The notes under the pieces were generated by a model, which saw only the letters and a list, made by a program, of their open reading frames with translations, had not been told where the DNA came from and searched no databases. A stretch of 62,872 bases of DNA, the filler included, from Dugesia japonica (taxonomy: Eukaryota): NCBI GenBank assembly GCA_001938525.1. It is 6 parts of 6 records of this genome, joined end to end, with 100 filler letters (N's around TTAATTAATTAA, not from the genome) between each part and the next. Parts side by side here need not be neighbours in the genome. Positions count along the whole stretch, not along the records: positions 11,478 to 20,955 come from MQRL01529081.1; positions 21,056 to 31,905 come from MQRL01585358.1; 4 more parts are not named here. One strand, 5' to 3'. Shown here piece by piece: positions 13,892-28,110 of the stretch (within the stretch, counting starts at the first letter, position 1; the number at the start of each line of letters is the position of its first letter). The translations under genes were made by a program, and so were the position numbers.

Positions 13892-14790
13892 TTATTTTAA
13901 TTGCCCACCGTTATACTGCATCATTACTGCTTTTCTAAGTATTTTGGGAACCATGACTACGTTCAAAGTTTCCTGATATTTGACAAGTCCATCCTCCAAT
14001 TTGAACTTTCCTTGGTTTTTAGACAAAAACATTTGAAATTCAGCTGGTATTATTTTAGTCTGTAATACTTGTTTGATCTGATTGACCTCTTCATCTTCGA
14101 ATTGTGCTTGAATTACTTCTGATTGATCGTTAACTTGTTTTAAAATAGCGAATATAGTTCCTTTAAGTCTCTCTTCTTTTAAATCTTCTGGTTCCTCGTC
14201 TTTTTCTATTCGAGACAACGCATCCGCGTTTGAATTCTCTTTACACTTTCAGTAGATTATCTCGATATCGTATGGTTGTAATTTAAGTGCTCATCTAATT
14301 ATTCTTGATAAGTCGCTCTTATGCTTCATTAACCATTGTAATGGTTTATAATCAGTAAATATAACAATTTTTCTACCCCACAGATAATGCTGATACTTAG
14401 CAATAGCAAATATTACTGCTAATGTTTTCAATTCAACAAATCCATAATTTTTCTCGTGAGGTTGCAATCCTCTTCTTGCGTATGCTATAGCATATTAAGT
14501 TTTATTCTCATCTAATTGTCTTAACACTGCACCAATGCCTTTATTGCTTGCATCGGTCATCACTATAAATTGTTTTTCAAAATCGGGAAATCTCAAAATT
14601 GGTGCAGATGTCAACAGCTTTTTAAGCTCCTTGAAAGTTTTCTGTTTCTCTGGTCCCAAAATAAATGTTACTCCTTGCTTTTCTAATTGAGTTAATGGTT
14701 AGGCTAAAGATGAAAAATATCCTGTCATGCCTAAAAATTCTTTAATTTGTTTCGGGGGTTTTAATGCTGGAAGTTTTGAACTTTGGTGAT
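13892..14790 (-). pseudogene. Gypsy-type pol fragment: RT thumb, RNase H and linker toward integrase
   Basis: Manual translation: KQIKEFLGMTGY...LLTSAPILRFPDFEKQFIVMTDASNKGIGAVL...EKNY..ELK.LAVIFAI..YLWGRKIVIFTDYKPL...NADALSR. Confidence 0.9.
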
Positions 14791-15423
14791 CTTGATAGTT
14801 GGTTTATGAGCTTAACTGCTTACCATGCAACTCGATGATATGAATCCCAACATATTTTCGCTTTGAGTATCAGGGTAGGCCTTTAATTTAATGCTATAAA
14901 TACTACTCTCTACATCTTGACTTGATAAACTCCATTGATCTTTTTTCCAGTTCTTAAATTCTTCAGCTAATTTATTTTGAGTGAAGTTTAAAGGTTATAA
15001 TGTGACCAGTTCGTTTTTTCTAATATCATACGTACCAGATTTTGTGATACTGGTGTTTTCTTTGCATAATCTAGAATTCTTTCGATATCCCAATTATCAA
15101 TAATTTTTCTTAATTTATCCAATTCCCAAGTTGGGTACACTGGTGGTGGTAGAACAGAACTTTTAGTTGGTGCGCTTGCATGTAATAGTAGATTTTTTAT
15201 AGTACTAATTGGTGAATTCTATGGTCCTCGACGTGCATATCTTATACGCCCATGTAATTTTGTTGGAATGCCCAATTGTTTCTTTTTCTTATCAATAAGC
15301 ATAGTAATTTTGGCGCTCTTAGGCTTGCTTCATACTCTTGGAATTCCATCATCATCAAAACCTCCTTTAATTTTTAATTCAATATTCTCATCAGCATCAT
15401 CGTTTTCATCACTATCTGAGTGT

Positions 15424-17035
15424 TTAAGTCGCACCATTGTATGCTTCACAGTTCGATGTTTCATTTTTAATTTTTTTAATCTCTTCATGATAATGCTTAA
15501 ATAATAGAAATTTGGCACAAATTGGAGAAAAACCAACAAGTAACTGGCATGTCCATCCACCGACCTTGAATATACTATAGGTTGACAATAATTGTGTAAA
15601 TACCAATTTTGCCAAGACACAAATAACATATATACCAGCTAAACCTGATATAAATACTCCAAACGCACTGAATTTTCCCCAAATTCTCTTTGCTACATTC
15701 TTGGCAGCCTCTTTAAAATGTTCTGGCACGAACAATAAGTTATAATTAAGATGGATCTTATTTCGTTGATATACTGTTCTGATTATTTCTGATATACCCC
15801 TTTCTCTCGTTTGTAGAAACCACATCATTTTTCTAGTTTGCTCATAAAACTTTTGCTGTATAAATTCCTGATTTGGCTAATTCGTCCATAGTTTTAAATT
15901 CCATTCTGCTTGTCAAAGAGTTTATATCTAAAATTTATACTTGTTTTTGTTGGTTATTTCCTATCAGGCAAGGAAATTCAATGCTTGTTAATTTCATATA
16001 GTGGTGACATTGACGAATTACATACTGCTTCTTGTGGTTTCACATTTTTCTTTAGAAACATATGGATCACTGGACTCATGAATCTCAGTTTCCTTTCGTA
16101 AACAACTGATAACTATACTGTACACTGATTAAAGTTTGCTAATGACACTTCTGCTGGTGCGCATTGATAGCTATATATCGCCTCTCCCATGATTCTTCCG
16201 AATAATCATTTCTCCATTAACATTATAACGATAAGATCTAGATTCACTATCAATATCGCTAATCAATTTTTGATTATTTCTGTACTCAATTTATCCTCAT
16301 TCATGACGATCTCATGATACATTTACTCCATTTGAATAACAAACTATGATAGGCGTAATCAACCTTGTTATTTAAATAGTTTATTATTTTTATATCTTGG
16401 GCATTCAATTGTGTAGATTTAGGGATATTCATTTTTCCCAAATACAAGCCTTTATATTTTGTTTCATACACAAGATTGGAACATTTCATTGTGAAACCTT
16501 TCTTGATAAATCGAATTGCATACTTGGGGTTGGTTGATACTAATACAATTAGAGTATTCTCTTCTCCAATTCCCTCTTTTAGTATGCTGTTGACCATGCT
16601 TCCTACTTGCTTTTATTTAAATTTTTTACTCTTTGATTTTCCATTAATCTGGATCCCTTTTCTTCTGTTTTCTGTCAAGTTCCATTTATTTGTGTGAAAG
16701 ATAGCTTTTTTAATAATATCAATACACAAAAATCACGTTTTTCATCATATAGAAGTGTAGTGAACTCCGTTCGACAGGTAGAAAACTTTGAATTGCAATT
16801 CGGATTTCCAACCATCTTTCCTGTTTCCACTTCGAATATTCCTTCATATTCTCGCAATTCAACTGTATAATCCTCTAAATCCACTACTCGATTTACCAAA
16901 TTATTCTGCCTGGTTTTTGTTTGACCAGTACAATNNNNNNNNNNNNNNNNNNNNNNNNNNNNNNNNNNNNNNNNNNNCAGTATCTTTCCTACTTCTGCTG
17001 TTAACGTCACTTCGCTGTTGACTTTTAATTTTTCT
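15424..17035 (-). pseudogene. Chuvirus-type (class III, gB-like) envelope glycoprotein, N-terminally deleted
   Basis: C.....ETKYKGLYL; YLNNKVDYAYH; GEAIYSYQCAPAEV....QC...L.V.....FMSPV....CNS.MSPLYEI; C-terminal IWGKFSAFGVFISGLAGIYVICVLAKLVF...GW. The order and spacing of these motifs match chuvirus-G-like proteins as I recall them. Confidence 0.8.
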
Positions 17036-18160
17036 GTTCAAAATGCGATCTGTTTTTGGTAGCGTTGACTCATCTATTTCATTTTCTAAATCAATTTTAT
17101 TGATTATATTTTCTAATACTTTAGCTCTAATTTCTCTAGCAACCGTTTCATTCTCTGGTTCAACATTAAATTTATTTTTAGGTCTGCCTCTCTTTTCAAT
17201 CTTTGGTTGATCTGTCTCCCTCAGAGCTCAAGATGTTGATGCTTTTGCATTTATTCTTGAATTTTGAACTGGACAGGGATCTAATTCTTCTTTCACAAAT
17301 ATTTTTCGTGCTACATTTAGTACATTATGTATTACATTCAAATCCATGTGAGGCTCATACTCCTCATTATTATTTTCAACTACTGTGACTGAATTTCGCT
17401 GAATAAACTCCGCTATAACTTCTGGAAACATCAACATTGTCCAGTGATAATCAGCTCCTTCTACTTTCAATACTGATACTATAGTCGTCTGTGAAAGCAA
17501 ACAACCAACATCTACTAAATACTCGACATCATCAACTTGTTTTCCCCAAATCACTATCAAACAAGTGCTTGGAAATCTAATTCCAATATCCTTTCTCCAT
17601 TTTAACACCTTTTGGTAACACGAATATCTTTTGATTTCAGGTATCTCCTGATTTGGTTTTCTTATTTCTACTAAGAAATGACTCTGCTTTTTTCGGTCTT
17701 GTCTAATTGCTTCACAATTTTTCCGTATCAACATTCAGATTTCGTTTTGGTAACTACTTGGCGTACCAGCCAGAGGTAGTAATAATGGTACTATTTCCTT
17801 TAATATATCCGTTAGAATGTTCAAAGACAATGTCCAACTCAAAATATCTTTAATATTTTCATTGTTTCTTGGATTGGATTGGATTTCTCTTTCCAACCAT
17901 TATGGAATAGCCTACGTTTCATGAAGCTGGTCTAATTCCGTATGTTCTTTAGCAAATACACTATCTGGGCTAATAGTGGCTACCTCCGCCACTTTCTCAT
18001 TAGCCTGCAATTCTGTTTTCACATTTAGCAGTATGCCGCATAACAGAATCATTTTTTCTCTATCTAATATTTCATTGAACAAATATATTTCAAATTCTCT
18101 GCGTTTCACTCTCTTTAAATGTGTTGTTAATCCAAACGGATTTATATTTATTCAAAACTA
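17036..18160 (-). pseudogene. Unknown ORF upstream of the glycoprotein, probably part of the same retroelement polyprotein
   Basis: ORFs 17912-18109 and 17228-17734 link up through isolated stops and run to ~17036; same strand and similar base composition as G/pol; no family recognised. Confidence 0.5.
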
Positions 18161-18874
18161 ACAAAAAATACCTTTTTAATTTGACTGCTAACTTAGCAAA
18201 ATTTAGCTTTTAAACTGCTTATTAGCTCAACAGCTATTTTAGGTTTAAAATTTGAAGTCTGATTGAACTGATTTTGCAATCAGTAAATATACTTTTCTCA
18301 ATATTGAAATTACAGAATTAATAAATTACTGCATAATTTTTTATGCTAATATTANTAATTTTTCTAGAAAAGAATAAATTAATATTTCTGTCCATTATAT
18401 TGCGTTCCTAATTTTAGGAAATTAAAATATGAAATACAATAATTTTAAATAATTCAAAACTAATTGTTACTAATTTTAGTAATTTATAAATTTAACCTTT
18501 ATTTTAATACAAATATCTTTATTTATTTAAACAAATTTTTAATAAATTTGTTAAATTGTTAGGCTTTTGGATNNNNNNNNNNNNNNNNNNNNNNNNNNNN
18601 NNNNNNNNNNNNNNNNNNNNNNNNNNNNNNNNNNNNNNNNNNNNNNNNNNNNNNNNNNNNNNNNNNNNNNNNNNNNNNNNNNNNNNNNNNNNNNNNNNNN
18701 NNNNNNNNNNNNNNNNNNNNNNNNNNNNNNNNNNNNNNNNNNNNNNNNNNNNNNNNNNNNNNNNNNNNNNNNNNNNNNNNNNNNNNNNNNNNNNNNNNNN
18801 NNNNNNNNNNNNNNNNTTTAATGATCCAATAAAGCAAAGGATATTTGATACAACATTGTTCGTTATTTACTAGA

Positions 18875-19926
18875 TCACTCGTCCAACTCAATCACCTCGC
18901 TAGTTTTCTCCTTCGGCATATCTGATATTGAGTTTGATACCCGTGTCAATGTACGCACCGTTGCGATCAGCATGGTTTCTCTGTCGGCGTAGGATTTTAT
19001 TATGTCNNNNNNNNNNNGACATGTCTGAGCCAGTGCTAGTTCTCGCTCTTTTAGTAGGCCCACCTTTCCTCGGAGTTGAGTATTCTTGTGTTGTAAATCG
19101 ATGATATCACCCCTTAGCTTTTTCTGCAGAGAAATCCACTTAGCTTGGATGTCGATCTTTGATCCTTCCGTGAGCTTTTTCACTTCCGTCACTTTAAATA
19201 CGAAATAACTTGTAATCAATTTATTAAAAAAATTTTTAATAGTAAATAAAACATTCATGGTATCATTCCACCAGATCATTATAAATCGAAATCATTAGCA
19301 TTTAATATGAAATTTATCTTTAGTTGAAAACAAATCTTTAACGAATCTATATTAGGGATAACACACGAATCAGTTGATGGTTACACTAATTTCATCTGCT
19401 TCGTCTAAAGGCACGAGCACTTGCTGAAGTACAGACTCTATCTTACAGGCTAATCTTTCTGAAAGTTTGCTATATTCTTCCGCTTCGCGTTGTGTCGTTC
19501 TCATGGACTGAATGACCGTCTGCTGCTGCTTGGCGAGTTCTGTGGTTCGGACTTACAATTATATTAGTTCTTTCTCACGCTCCTGTTGCCATCTGGTAAT
19601 CTCTGTCACTTGCAGTTGATGTTGACTTTCTTGCTGCTCAACGCGTGTCTGCAGAGCATTAATCCGCTTTAGTTGTTCAGCGAACTGATGTCGTTGTCAC
19701 AATATTTCCTCTCCCATCTCAGAGATTTCGTCCTCCTTGATTCGCAGCTGTGTCTGAGTGATCCACCAGGGTTCGACGTCGGTTCCCTCAGTAGTAACCG
19801 AATCCCACATCGGTGGCATATTGTTACATGGTGTTGTCTCGAATGCATATCCGGCCGGTGCNNNNNNNNNNNNNNNNNNNNNNNNNNNNNNNNNNNNNNN
19901 NNNNNNNNNNNNNNNNNNNNNNGCAT
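18875..19926 (-). pseudogene. Two tandem coiled-coil ORF remnants (~19926-19370 and ~19200-18875)
   Basis: Heptad Q/E/L-rich translation (QFAEQLKRINALQTRVEQQESQHQLQ...; LQKKLRGDIIDLQHKNTQLRGKVGLLKE); stops of CAA>TAA type; higher GC than the flanks. Confidence 0.5.
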
Positions 19927-21055
19927 GTCACTTCCTCCTATACGAGTATTTCCTATTCTAATACATCAAAATATATTTATTCAATTTATTTTAATTTTAA
20001 ATGAAAATGAATGTTACCATGAGCTCGGAACGATCAACAATCACTCGTCATTACCGATGAGATTGGGCTCTCGAATTCCAATAATAATTCATAATCAATT
20101 TAATTCATATACTGTAACTGTTTAATCACATTTGGATTTATATTATTTCTGGAGATACCCATTTTCCTCCCAATGACGAATGATCCATAGGCCAGCCCGG
20201 AAAATTCTCCAATTTTATTTGAATAAATCTGTAAAACAAATAAAGTCGTTTTCTAAAGTAATAATATTTTTATAAACATTAGTATTCAGTAAAATTTATA
20301 CAATCAAAAACATATAATAGGAAGTTAGGTCGGATTCAACCACCCCACTTTGAATCTAGACACTCGACTATCTCTCATCTCGTAATCATTATCATTAATA
20401 TTATTTCTCACACATCGTTATCATCTTTTACAATTATCATCTTCCCTTGTCACCCTTTTATAAATCGATGTCATCATATTCGTCATCTTTCATAAATTAT
20501 TATCATATTTCATAATCATNNNNNNNNNNNNNNNNNNNNNNNNNNNNNNNNNNNNNNNNNNNNNNNNNNNNNNNNNNNNNNNNNNNNNNNNNNNNNNNNN
20601 NNNNNNNNNNNNNNNNNNNNNNNNNNNNNNNNNNNNNNNNNNNNNNNNNNNNNNNNNNNNNNNNNNNNNNNNNNNNNNNNNNNNNNNNNNNNNNNNNNNN
20701 NNNNNNNNNNNNNNNNNNNNNNNNNNNNNNNNNNNNNNNNNNNNNNNNNNNNNNNNNNNNNNNNNNNNNNNNNNNNNNNNNNNNNNNNNNNNNNNNNNNN
20801 NNNNNNNNNNNNNNNNNNNNNNNNNNNNATCAATATCACCTTTCATTTTTCATAATCACTATCAATAATATCATCTCTCCGAAATTTGGTATCATCATTC
20901 ATAATTATCGTCTTTCATAATAACTATCATCTTTCTTATCATTATCTTATTTCATNNNNNNNNNNNNNNNNNNNNNNNNNNNNNNNNNNNNNNNNNNNNT
21001 TAATTAATTAANNNNNNNNNNNNNNNNNNNNNNNNNNNNNNNNNNNNNNNNNNNN

Positions 21056-21817
21056 AATAGTCTTCTTCAGGAAAAGTTTTATTACAAGTTACTTATTTAT
21101 ACTTTTTTCTGATCTTGAAAGAAGAATAATAAATGAAATGCATTCAGATTGTGAAAGAAAATCCAAACTGGTGAAAGAAGAATATTGGGACTACGTTCTG
21201 GAAGAAGAGTTGATTGATATCGAGAGAGTTTTATACCTTTTCGAAAACGAATTTGAAATAATATCATTGTGTGAAATCAATCCATGTTTATACTGGGTAA
21301 TGCGGGACATTATTTTAGAAAGATTTCCATGAATTTAGTTTGCTGTATTGATGTAAATTTTATTGATGTTGAATAAATTTTTTATAACTTGATTTGTTTC
21401 TTTTGTTTTATTAAAAAAAAAAATTTTAAAAACAAAAAGATTTTAAAAAAAATAAATAAATAAAACTAAAAAACAAATTTCAAAAAAATAAAAAAAAAGA
21501 TCAAAAATAAAAAAAATAAATAAAATAAATAAATAAAAAAAATAAAAATTTAAAAAAAAAGATAAAAAAAAATAAAAATAAAAAAAAATAAACTATAAAA
21601 TTATTTCTTTTTTAAATGGACTTAGAAAAATTTTCGATAATATTTATGACTCATGATCTATGAATTTCGTTTTCTCTTAAAATGGACTAAGAAAAATTTT
21701 CGAAAAAAAAATTTTAAAAAAAATTTTGCATGAGTCATCGACTTTGTCTTAATCATTGATGACTCATCATCATGAGTCATCCCCTTTGATCCTACAATAC
21801 ACTACTATCTATCTACT
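21056..21817 (+). mobile_element. Polinton/Maverick terminal region with a small acidic ORF (21138-21332)
   Basis: Ends ...ACACTACTATCTATCTACT (reverse complement AGTAGATAGATAGTAGT, the AG-initiated short-repeat terminus typical of Polintons); clustered GACTCAT/ATGAGTC motifs and an A-rich spacer. Confidence 0.6.
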
Positions 21818-22639
21818 GTAATTATATTTTAACTGTTCAATATAACTACTTAACATCGTAATTTATTCTATAGTTTATTATTTATATTGCACAATAATAG
21901 TTTTGTTTTTGATAATAATGTATTCAGAATGGTAAATGTAATGAAATAATTCGTATGATGATGAAAGATGTATCAAATTTGATGACTTCTAGAGTAATGA
22001 AAGACAGTTTATATGGTCAAATTTGAGATCTAAGTGTGCCTATATATTAACGTTTCGGTTCAGTCAGCTGAAAAATGTTTGAAAATTCATTCTCATTTGA
22101 TTGTGCAAATAACTGTTAATTAAATTATCATGATATTTAGTTGCTTGTTAAAGATCAAACTTTCTATGTAACAATAGTGTCATTTCCTACATCAATTTTG
22201 TATTAATTAAATCAATTCATTAATTTTAATTTATTTAATAAATTTCATTGAAAAGATTTTATTATTACTTGTTAATCAAATCTTTCCAATTTTTCATCAT
22301 TTGTTTTATCAATTATTTGTTTCAGATATTAATTAATTAATTTGGTTTGAATTAATTAACAGTTCAATTATTTATTTTATCTAAGCTATTATTTTTTATC
22401 AAATATAAAAGAACACATTTCGGATTTGATTTTTTCGCAAATTTGATATCATTTTTTTTTGAGAAACGTAAATCCTGAATTTATATGTAGTGAGAAAGCA
22501 GTAGGAATAAATACAGTTTACTAAACTCTTATTTCCTAAGATTGTGAGAATTCAGTAACATAGATGTAGACAGATATTTGCAAATCTCTCCGCGAAGAAC
22601 AAAGTGAATCTTTATGTAACAGTGTTGATAGTGTGTCTT

Positions 22640-23460
22640 ATTTAAATCAATAATATTCAAATATCTTGCACCAATCAAATTGTCTAGTATTTCCTCTACT
22701 TTGGTCATCGGAAATGCCTATCTTTCTGTGATTGCATTCAGGCTTTTAAAATCTAGACATAATCTAACTGTTTTCCTATATTTTTTCCATACACATATTA
22801 ACGGAGTGTTCCATTGCAAATTACACTTCAAAATAATGCCATTGTCAAACAAATTCTTGTTAGCTTCGTCGATCCTATTTTCTAAATGCATTGGTTGTCT
22901 CCATGGTTTCGTATTTATTGGTTCTTCATTTGTGATTATTTGATGTTCTGCCATTGTTTTTCTGCCAATATTTCAGTTGTCTACCATGAATATTCCTTTA
23001 TGAATCATTATAACTTTCTCTAAACTCTTGTTTAGCTAGTTAATCAATATTTTTATTGCTGTCTGTACTCTCTCTTTATCCGTTGTATTGCGTCCATACT
23101 TTACTTCTATATTAAAAAGATACCTTTATTATCCTCACATTTAGTCTGTTTAAGCAGTTAAAATACAAAATGTTTCTTTAATTCCATTTCTCTTATTAGG
23201 TCTGGATGTATCTGTTTCGACACAATGAATTGAATTGTTTTGCTTTTATTCTCGAATTCCACTTCTACCTTAATCGTATTTACTATTTTGAGTGAACCAT
23301 AATTGGCACATCTTAACTTGTCTTTTCTTTTTAATATATTGACTTTTCTCAATCTTTTCAAAGTTTTTGAACTCATAATATTAACTATTGCTTGTGTGTC
23401 TAACNNNNNNNNNNNNNNNNNNNNNNGTATTCCAACCGTTATACTTGGTTTATCTTGCAT
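22640..23460 (-). mobile_element. Ty3/Gypsy protease and RT N-terminus remnant (different subfamily)
   Basis: LDTQAIVNIMS protease motif; EHQIITNEEPI...WNTPLICV.KK...RLCLDFKSLNAIT. Confidence 0.85.
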
Positions 23461-25872
23461 CTTGTCATAACATATGAACCAAATTGTCCCAAAACCGACC
23501 GAAATAACCAGATTCTACTTCAAAGAATAATTTTTTACCGATTTCACCTAAATATTGTCCAAAATTACCCAAACTGACCAATCCCGAGGAAATATTCGAC
23601 CGAATTAATGAATAATTACTCTAAACCAAACAAAAATTAATCGTAATCGACCTATTCGAGGTAATTATTTTCCAAATTCACCTGAACCATACAAAATTCT
23701 ACCTCATTCAACCTCACCGAACAAATTTCCAACCAAAAAGCTTGAAAAATAATGCAGCTTAAAAACCCTAAAAGGTTTTCCTATCTATAAATCCAAAAAT
23801 TTGAAAATAATTCGCCAAACCTTTCATAATACGAATAAAATTTATATATTAGCACATAAATTTTGCTCGCCAAGTAAAATGCCTGGGAAATATCATACCA
23901 CTTAATCCTTTAAAAATCAAATTTCACAAATTAAATTAATCTAATAACAAAACTTATGTGCGAAAAACTTTCCCAACTAAATACAGGGAAAATTAAACTA
24001 AATTATCTAATATTACCTATAAGTTTCGTTACATCACTAGTCCTGGAGGGAGGCATTGTGTGTTGATGTTGACCGCCACTATCTCTCTACTACTCACCTT
24101 TCTATGAAATTATTTGAAATTAAAATTCTAGATAACAGAACATCTAATTTAGCATTTAGTTCAGGCAAGCTCTTCTTCAATGTAAGGATCAGAATTTTTT
24201 TGTCTTTTAATATTCAAATAGACTTGAAGTTTCATCAGAAATTTCCAAACCGACGATATCTTGAAATATTTCAAATATATCACCATGAAAGAACTTAAAG
24301 ATGATTAACAAAAAAAATATTATAAGTAAATGCAACTGTTTTANNNNNNNNNNNNNNNNNNNNNNNNNNNNNNNNNNNNNNNNNNNNNNAAGAAAAATAA
24401 TAAAATATGAACACTAAAAATAAATGATAAATACAAATTATTATTAACAAAGTGAACATAATAACAAGCCTGTATAATAATGTAAATAAAACAAATATAT
24501 TTTAATGAGAAGTTTGGATTGCTTCATTCCAACCAATTGGTTTATATTTACGGATATAAATGAGACAACTCAGATACAGTTCTCCAGTCGTATGTCATTT
24601 AACTTCGAACGGCTATCGCTTTTAATTATTTTCATTGTGAAAATTAATTGCTCACACTCATAAGTGATTTCAATAAGCGTAATTTTTTCATCCAAAAAAT
24701 TGAGAAAAATTAGTTTTCAATTGACATAATTGGTATTTAAATTTGAAAATACTTATTTTTATTATTAAAATAAAATTTAAAAATAAAAACCTTTTTTGAA
24801 TTTGAAAATATTTTCTGTGAGCCGGAGAAAAAAAATTGCCGGCTGCTTGTTATACATTCCCGCTTTAGACAATTAACATAAAATATCAGAATCAATAAAT
24901 TCGCAATGGAAAATATAGAATTTATCGAACTCACTAAACCGGACCAGGATTTCTTCGAAGAGGTATTTCTGCAAAAATCCACGAATCTTTTTTTAGTACA
25001 AATTAAATTTAAAACTAATTTATTCTTTTTTTAAACTTTAATATTTGATTCTAATATTAGATTGATTCTTTCATTCTTATATCATTATATTAATAGATTG
25101 TCCGCAGAACCAGTATTCATATAAGGAAATTTTTGGTGATTACTTAATTTTTAAACTTTTTTTTCTAAACACAACTCTAAACCTGACTATACATCGACTA
25201 TTAGTTTACTTATATTGGAAATTTAATATTAAATAATTAAAAAATTAAATTAATTCTGATTAAACTGTTGAGTAATATTTTTACTTAAAAATATTTGAAC
25301 GTATCATTTTTTCTTATTTAACAATTTAACTTTAGTCAAACAAATGAACTACATAAATTATGAGAAAAATTATTTCATGATGATCAAACAGAAGGATTAA
25401 ATTTTGAAAAAAAATAATACAAAATCTCCAAATGTTTAATTTCATCAAAAAAAATCCCTATGTGTATTATTTTCTGATAAATTAAATTGTAGGTGGTAAT
25501 TTCATCCAGTTTCATCGATACGTGTGTCAATACCACACGTAATAATTAGTCTGGAATATTTCAACGAATCAAAATAGCGACATTAATAAATAGAATATCG
25601 ATTAATTTCTGTCCTCATTATTTCATTAATTTTAGTCAAATCTGAAGTAGACAATATGTAGATTTATATGATTATCAATTATTTATAATTTATTTAATGG
25701 ATTATGTATTTTAAATGTATTTATAATCAATGAAATATCAATTTACTTAACTTTCACCAAATTTGGAAAGTGCATTTATTTCTAATAAAAGTTTAAAATA
25801 ATTATAAAAATAAAAAATTTAAATACCACTGTCCAAAATGTAAGTTGACTGTTTAATTANNNNNNNNNNNNN

Positions 25873-26391
25873 TAGTCAAAATATTCTTCCCTTATGTTGG
25901 TCCAAATTTTAGTTACAAATGTAAATTTATTTCAATTTATTATGCTTACCTTTGATATTTATAGTTTCTTTGTTTATTCGTATTTTTTATCCTTTTTCGA
26001 TTCTTAAAATGGATTATGTATTTGAACAAAGAAATTACATTAAGTTTTGCGTGAAAAATAAAATTAATGCTATGAAGAGGCATAAAGTAATGTAAAAATC
26101 ATTTATTGATCAATCACTTTCAAGAAAATCTGTATTCTTCAACATCAATAATTGAAAACAATCTCAAAGAAATTAAAAGCAAAGTAATGGCAATGGTAAT
26201 TTGATAGCTTTCTGTACATGTTGACATATAAACAGATTCGGTATACGTAAGTAAGTGGAAGTTAATGTCTATCCGTATCGCTATTTTGATTCGTTGAAAT
26301 ATTCCAGCCTTAATTATTACGTGTGGTATTGTCACACGTGTGATTAAAAATTTAATTCACGACTCATAAGATAAACAACAGGAAGTGTGAA
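25873..26391 (-). repeat. Inverted near-identical copy of 28112-28696 (a third partial copy lies at ~25519-25581)
   Basis: Direct reverse-complement match; ORF 26120-26335 mirrors 28168-28458; this copy lacks ~65 bp present at ~28369-28433. Confidence 0.9.
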
Positions 26392-27049
26392 TTATCACAT
26401 CTTTGACTCCAATTTTCACACTTTTATGTAAACAATGTACTTCGTCACCTAAGGAGTGAATTTTCACAGTTTTTTTGACCTTAAAAATTACTTTTATTTT
26501 TAATCGTAGTTTAATGTAAACAATTGATGTTTTTTTTGTTTAGTGCGTGGCGCATTTAGCATTAATACATGAAATTATTAATATTAATATTATTATTTAT
26601 ATGTTTTTATAGGTAGGAATTTTCACAATTTTGGTACCAATATTCACATCTAAATGCAAATAATAATTTTTTTATTGACATGTAAATTTTCTCACTTTAT
26701 TTTTTATTAATTATAAAATGTTTTCATAGGTGTGAACTTTCACATTTTAATACATCTTAATTTTTTAAAAGTGAGAAATTTATTGGAATTATCTTTGATA
26801 TTGTTGATTTTTATTGAATTAATGAATATACATATTTTCTTTATCCGGTACAATCAAACTTATAATCTAAAATTAAACCAATAATATTTATTATATTATA
26901 AATTATATGCATATTACCTATTACAATCAATTCTAAATCATCCAACCAGCAATTTACCAGTTTCTTTGTTTAATATTAGTGGTGGTAAAATGGGGGGAAA
27001 GGGCTCACCCCGCCCCCTCCAACCCATTTGAATAAGGCATATCATAGAT

Positions 27050-28110
27050 CAGTGGTGCTCAAGGTGGGGCGTATGCCCCACCAAGGGCCAATTTCATTTT
27101 TTATGGGGGCAAAGGGATATTTTTTGTTTAAAGGGGTTAATTCAGAATTAGTTATTAACATTGAATTTTATTTCAAATTTACATGTAATATATTTTAATC
27201 ACAATGCAAAAGTCCATTTCTAACGAATCTATAAAATTTATAGTCTATGATTCAATGGCTAATCAATCTATGCTGTTGTGTTTAAATGCGTCAAATTACA
27301 TTTTGTGTCGATTTGCTGATAGTTTAAAATTGGTGGTATTCACTGGTTACTAGTGTAAATTAAAACCTGATTTGACATTCTAAGTATCTACAATAATTGC
27401 TTCACAACTCTAAGACAATGGTATATTTTATTAAATTTCCATGAGTATTTTTTAGGTTTATTTCATTCAGAAATGAACTTGATGTCTAACAGCGATATAA
27501 TTACTGCGAGGAAAAAAAATTTCTTCAATATTTAGAGGAATACTTAAAATGGGGCTTCATACCGGCCAACCATGATAATCGTTTACCTTTCTGCCTTTTA
27601 TGCCAGCAATGGTTGTCTAATGAATCAATGAAAAACAATCGTCTTCAGGTGCATTTAATGGCGAAACATAGTGTATATGTAGATTCAGATTTACATTATT
27701 TCAAGTCTTTAAAGGATAAGTTTGAAAAGCGATCAACAATAAAGTCTCTGTTAACTGCACAAACTGTTTCGATCAGTCGTACTATTGAAGCCAGCTATGA
27801 AATTTCACTACTCATTATTAAATCTGTGAAAAATCATACCATAGAGGAGGAATAACTTAAACCGGCAATATCTGCATATGTTAAAACAGTTCTGGAAAAA
27901 GATGGCAGAGATGTGAAAGCCATGCTACTTAGTTATGATACTGTCAGAAGAAGAATAGATGAAATGAATGATGACATTGAAACACAACTTGTTGAAAAAC
28001 TGAAATCAAGAAATTTCTCGCTACAGCTGGATGAATCAACTGTAATGGATAGTGAGGCCATATTGCTAACTTATGTAAGATATATTGATAAAAATGATTT
28101 TGCTGAGGAA
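27050..28110 (+). mobile_element. hAT Buster/Charlie-type element: left end and transposase N-terminus
   Basis: Starts CAGTGGTGCTCAAGG; EEYLKWGF...PFCLLCQQWLSNESMK..RL..HL..KH (BED finger); TVRRRIDEM..DIE.QL...FSLQLDEST. Confidence 0.88.

Noticed and set aside
18556-18891. ORFs spanning N runs (also 20490-20846 and 53064-53361)
   Set aside because: Artefacts of translating gaps
19669-19926. Apparent zinc finger (CHRCG) ORF
   Set aside because: An alternative frame gives the coherent coiled-coil protein; the Cys/His pattern is incidental
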